Assembly: GCA_030390025.1 (NCBI GenBank)
Contig: JASTWF010000036.1
Location: 1,736,001 to 1,800,000, forward strand
Reading direction: 5' to 3'
Length of the DNA: 64,000 nucleotides
From: Squalus acanthias
Lineage: Eukaryota
The notes below the pieces were generated by a model. The model made no database searches. It saw nothing but the letters and a program-made list of their open reading frames with translations, and was not told where the DNA came from. The translations under genes were made by a program, and so were the position numbers. This document shows positions 61,728 to 64,000 of the stretch, piece by piece; position 1 is the first letter of the stretch; each line of letters opens with the position of its first letter.

Positions 61728-62144
61728 AAGAAAGAAAGAAAAACTTGCATCTATATAGCGCCTTTCACGACCACCGGACGTCCCAAAGCGCTTTACAGCC
61801 AATGAAGTACTTTTTGGAGTGTAGTCACTGTTGTAATGTAGGAAACGCGGCAGCCAATTTGCGCACAGCAAGCTCCCACAAACAGCAATGTGATAATGAC
61901 CAGATAATCTGTTTTCGTGATGTTGATTGAGGGATAAATATTGGCCGGGACACCGGGGATAACTCCCCTGCTCTTCTTTGAAATAGTGCCATGGGATCTT
62001 TTACATCCACCTGAGGGGGCAGATGGGGCCTCCGTTTAACGTCTCACCCGAAAGACGGCACCTCTAACAGTGCAGCACTCCCTCAGCACTGCACTGGAGT
62101 GTCAGCCTAGCTTTATGTGCTCAAATCTCTGGAGTGGGACTTGA
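61728..62144 (-). mobile_element. SacSINE1-like DeuSINE, 5'-truncated
   Basis: (AAAG)n tail through box B. Confidence 0.85.
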
Positions 62145-63024
62145 ATAATAGATAAATCAATAAAGACAACAACGAGAATTTTGTTTTCAGGAAGCAAGAC
62201 ATTTCTGTGAGGTATTTTACCAAGTGCACGTAAATACAATGCAGTAGCTTAAACTTGTTGTTCCTGCACTTGAAATACACAAAAAAGCTTGCGCAAATCT
62301 GCCAGCTCCTTCATGGGAGTACAGCCACAGAATGGAGAGTGCTGGTGCTAGCTTTATCATCGGCTCTGAATTATCACTGTATTAAACAGCGAGAGATGGG
62401 AGTAAGAACTCACTTTTACGATGCACTGTTCTGGCTGCGCAGACACTCTGCATTGTGTGACTTATGCTAAGCGAGGGCCGTAAAACGACATCTTCTTCCT
62501 CAGTGTTTTGATGTGTGGAAGTTACGAGGCTATAATCGACGTTGGGACAGATTGGCTGCTCTACAGCAACAATGGTCTGTAGAAGCTGTTTGCGACCTCC
62601 TGAGCTGCGTCCACATCATCATACCTAATGCAAAATGTCACTGCTCAGTATATAACCTGAAAGAATCTTTATTCTCTGTCCTAGACTCACAAAATGCCCC
62701 TCGGTTAAAAAACAGCGTGACACAGGAAGCTATTAATCTTGCTTTGTGTCTATTGCCTTTTGTGCTCCTGTGTATTTCTCCACGGGATAAAGAATCTGCT
62801 GGCACATTTCCCTCTGGCCCTACTTACACAAACTCAATAAGGACGATTTCTTTGTCAACTAGGTTGATTCCATTGGCAAGAGCATTATTCCTACCTGTTA
62901 AAATCTCGCTGATTTTTCAACAACCAGTCTTGTGTTGACAAATGTCAAAATAACGATAGCTCCTGGATCATCCCAGCATCTGGTGAATACCCCCGAAGCC
63001 TGAACACTTAATGGCTAAATATCC

Positions 63025-63573
63025 ACAACAACAACTTGTATTTATACAGCGCCTTTAATGTAAGAAAATGTCCCAGGGCGCTGCACAGGAGCGATTATCA
63101 AGCAGAATTTGACACCGAGCCACATAAGGAGATATTAGGGCAGGTGACCAAAAGCTTGGTCAAAGAGATGAGTTTTAAAGGAGCGTCTTAAAGGAGGAGA
63201 GAGAGGTAGAGAGGCGGAGAGGTTTCAGGAGGGAATTCCAGAGCTTAGGGCCCAGGCAGCTGAAGGCACGGCCGCCAAAGGTGGAGCGATTAAAATTGGC
63301 TCGAGAGACCAGAATTGGAGGAACGCAGAGATCTCGGGGGGGGTTGTAGGGCTGGAGGAGGTTACAGAGATAGGCAGGGGCGAGGGCCATGGAGGGATTT
63401 GAAAACAAGGATGAGATTTTAAAATTGAGGCATTGCTTAACTGGGAGCCAATGTAGGTCAGCGAGCACAGGGGTGATGGGTGAACAGGACTTGGTGCGAG
63501 TTAGGACACGGGCAGCCGAGTTTTGGATGACCTCAAGTTTATGGAGGGTAGAATGTGGGAGGCCGGCCAGGAG
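63025..63573 (-). mobile_element. L2 LINE 3' fragment, followed by a CR1 tail (~63578-63670) and a degenerate DeuSINE (~63700-64000)
   Basis: Encodes LAGLPHSTLHKLEVIQNSAARVLTRTKS.SPITPVLADLHWLPV. Confidence 0.87.
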
Positions 63574-64000
63574 AAAAGATAAGAACATAAGAATTAGGAA
63601 CAGTAGTAGGCCATACGGCCCTTCAATAAGATCATGGCTGATCTTCGACCTCAACTCCACTTTCCCGCCCGAGTTATTCAGCAACCAATTAATTACTTGT
63701 GATGTTCAGTCACTGTTATGCAGGCAACGTAACACCCAATTTGCGCACAGCTAAGTTCAACAGCCAGTAAATTAATGAATTCCCAATGGATCTGTTTTTT
63801 TGTGGTGGTATTGATGAGGGAGAAATGTAGGTCAGAACCACTCCCTTCTCCTTTTCAAATAGAACCATGAAATCTTTTACATCTACCTAAACAGGCAGAC
63901 AGAGCCTCTGTTCAATGTCTTATCTGAAAGACGGCACCTCCAACAGTGCAGCACTCCCTCAGTACTGCACTGGATTGTTGGCCTAGATTATGAGCTCAAG

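Overview
Repeat-dense vertebrate DNA, most likely from a cartilaginous fish (shark); this is inferred from the SacSINE1-like DeuSINEs and the CR1/L2 repertoire. The only host coding sequence found is one first coding exon of an acid-sensing ion channel (29630-30193, ASIC2b-like N-terminus, probably the asic1c/ASIC3 lineage), with no further exon in the remaining ~34 kb. Mobile elements dominate. (1) A full-length 4.1-kb PIF/Harbinger transposon (1520-5661, TAA TSD) has an intact DDE transposase and a convergent, three-exon, disrupted Myb/SANT gene; an 869-bp deletion derivative and several related MITEs lie nearby. (2) A Penelope-like insertion forms a 326-bp palindrome with a minimal hammerhead ribozyme on each strand and a 12-bp TSD. 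(3) An apparently ORF1-less LINE has a tRNA-like Pol III head that it shares with a short SINE. (4) Solo LTRs, hAT-like MITEs, an RTE fragment, ~20 DeuSINE copies, many CR1/L2 3' fragments and two long simple repeats fill the rest. Family names come from recognition, not database searches. Boundaries of degenerate repeats are approximate.
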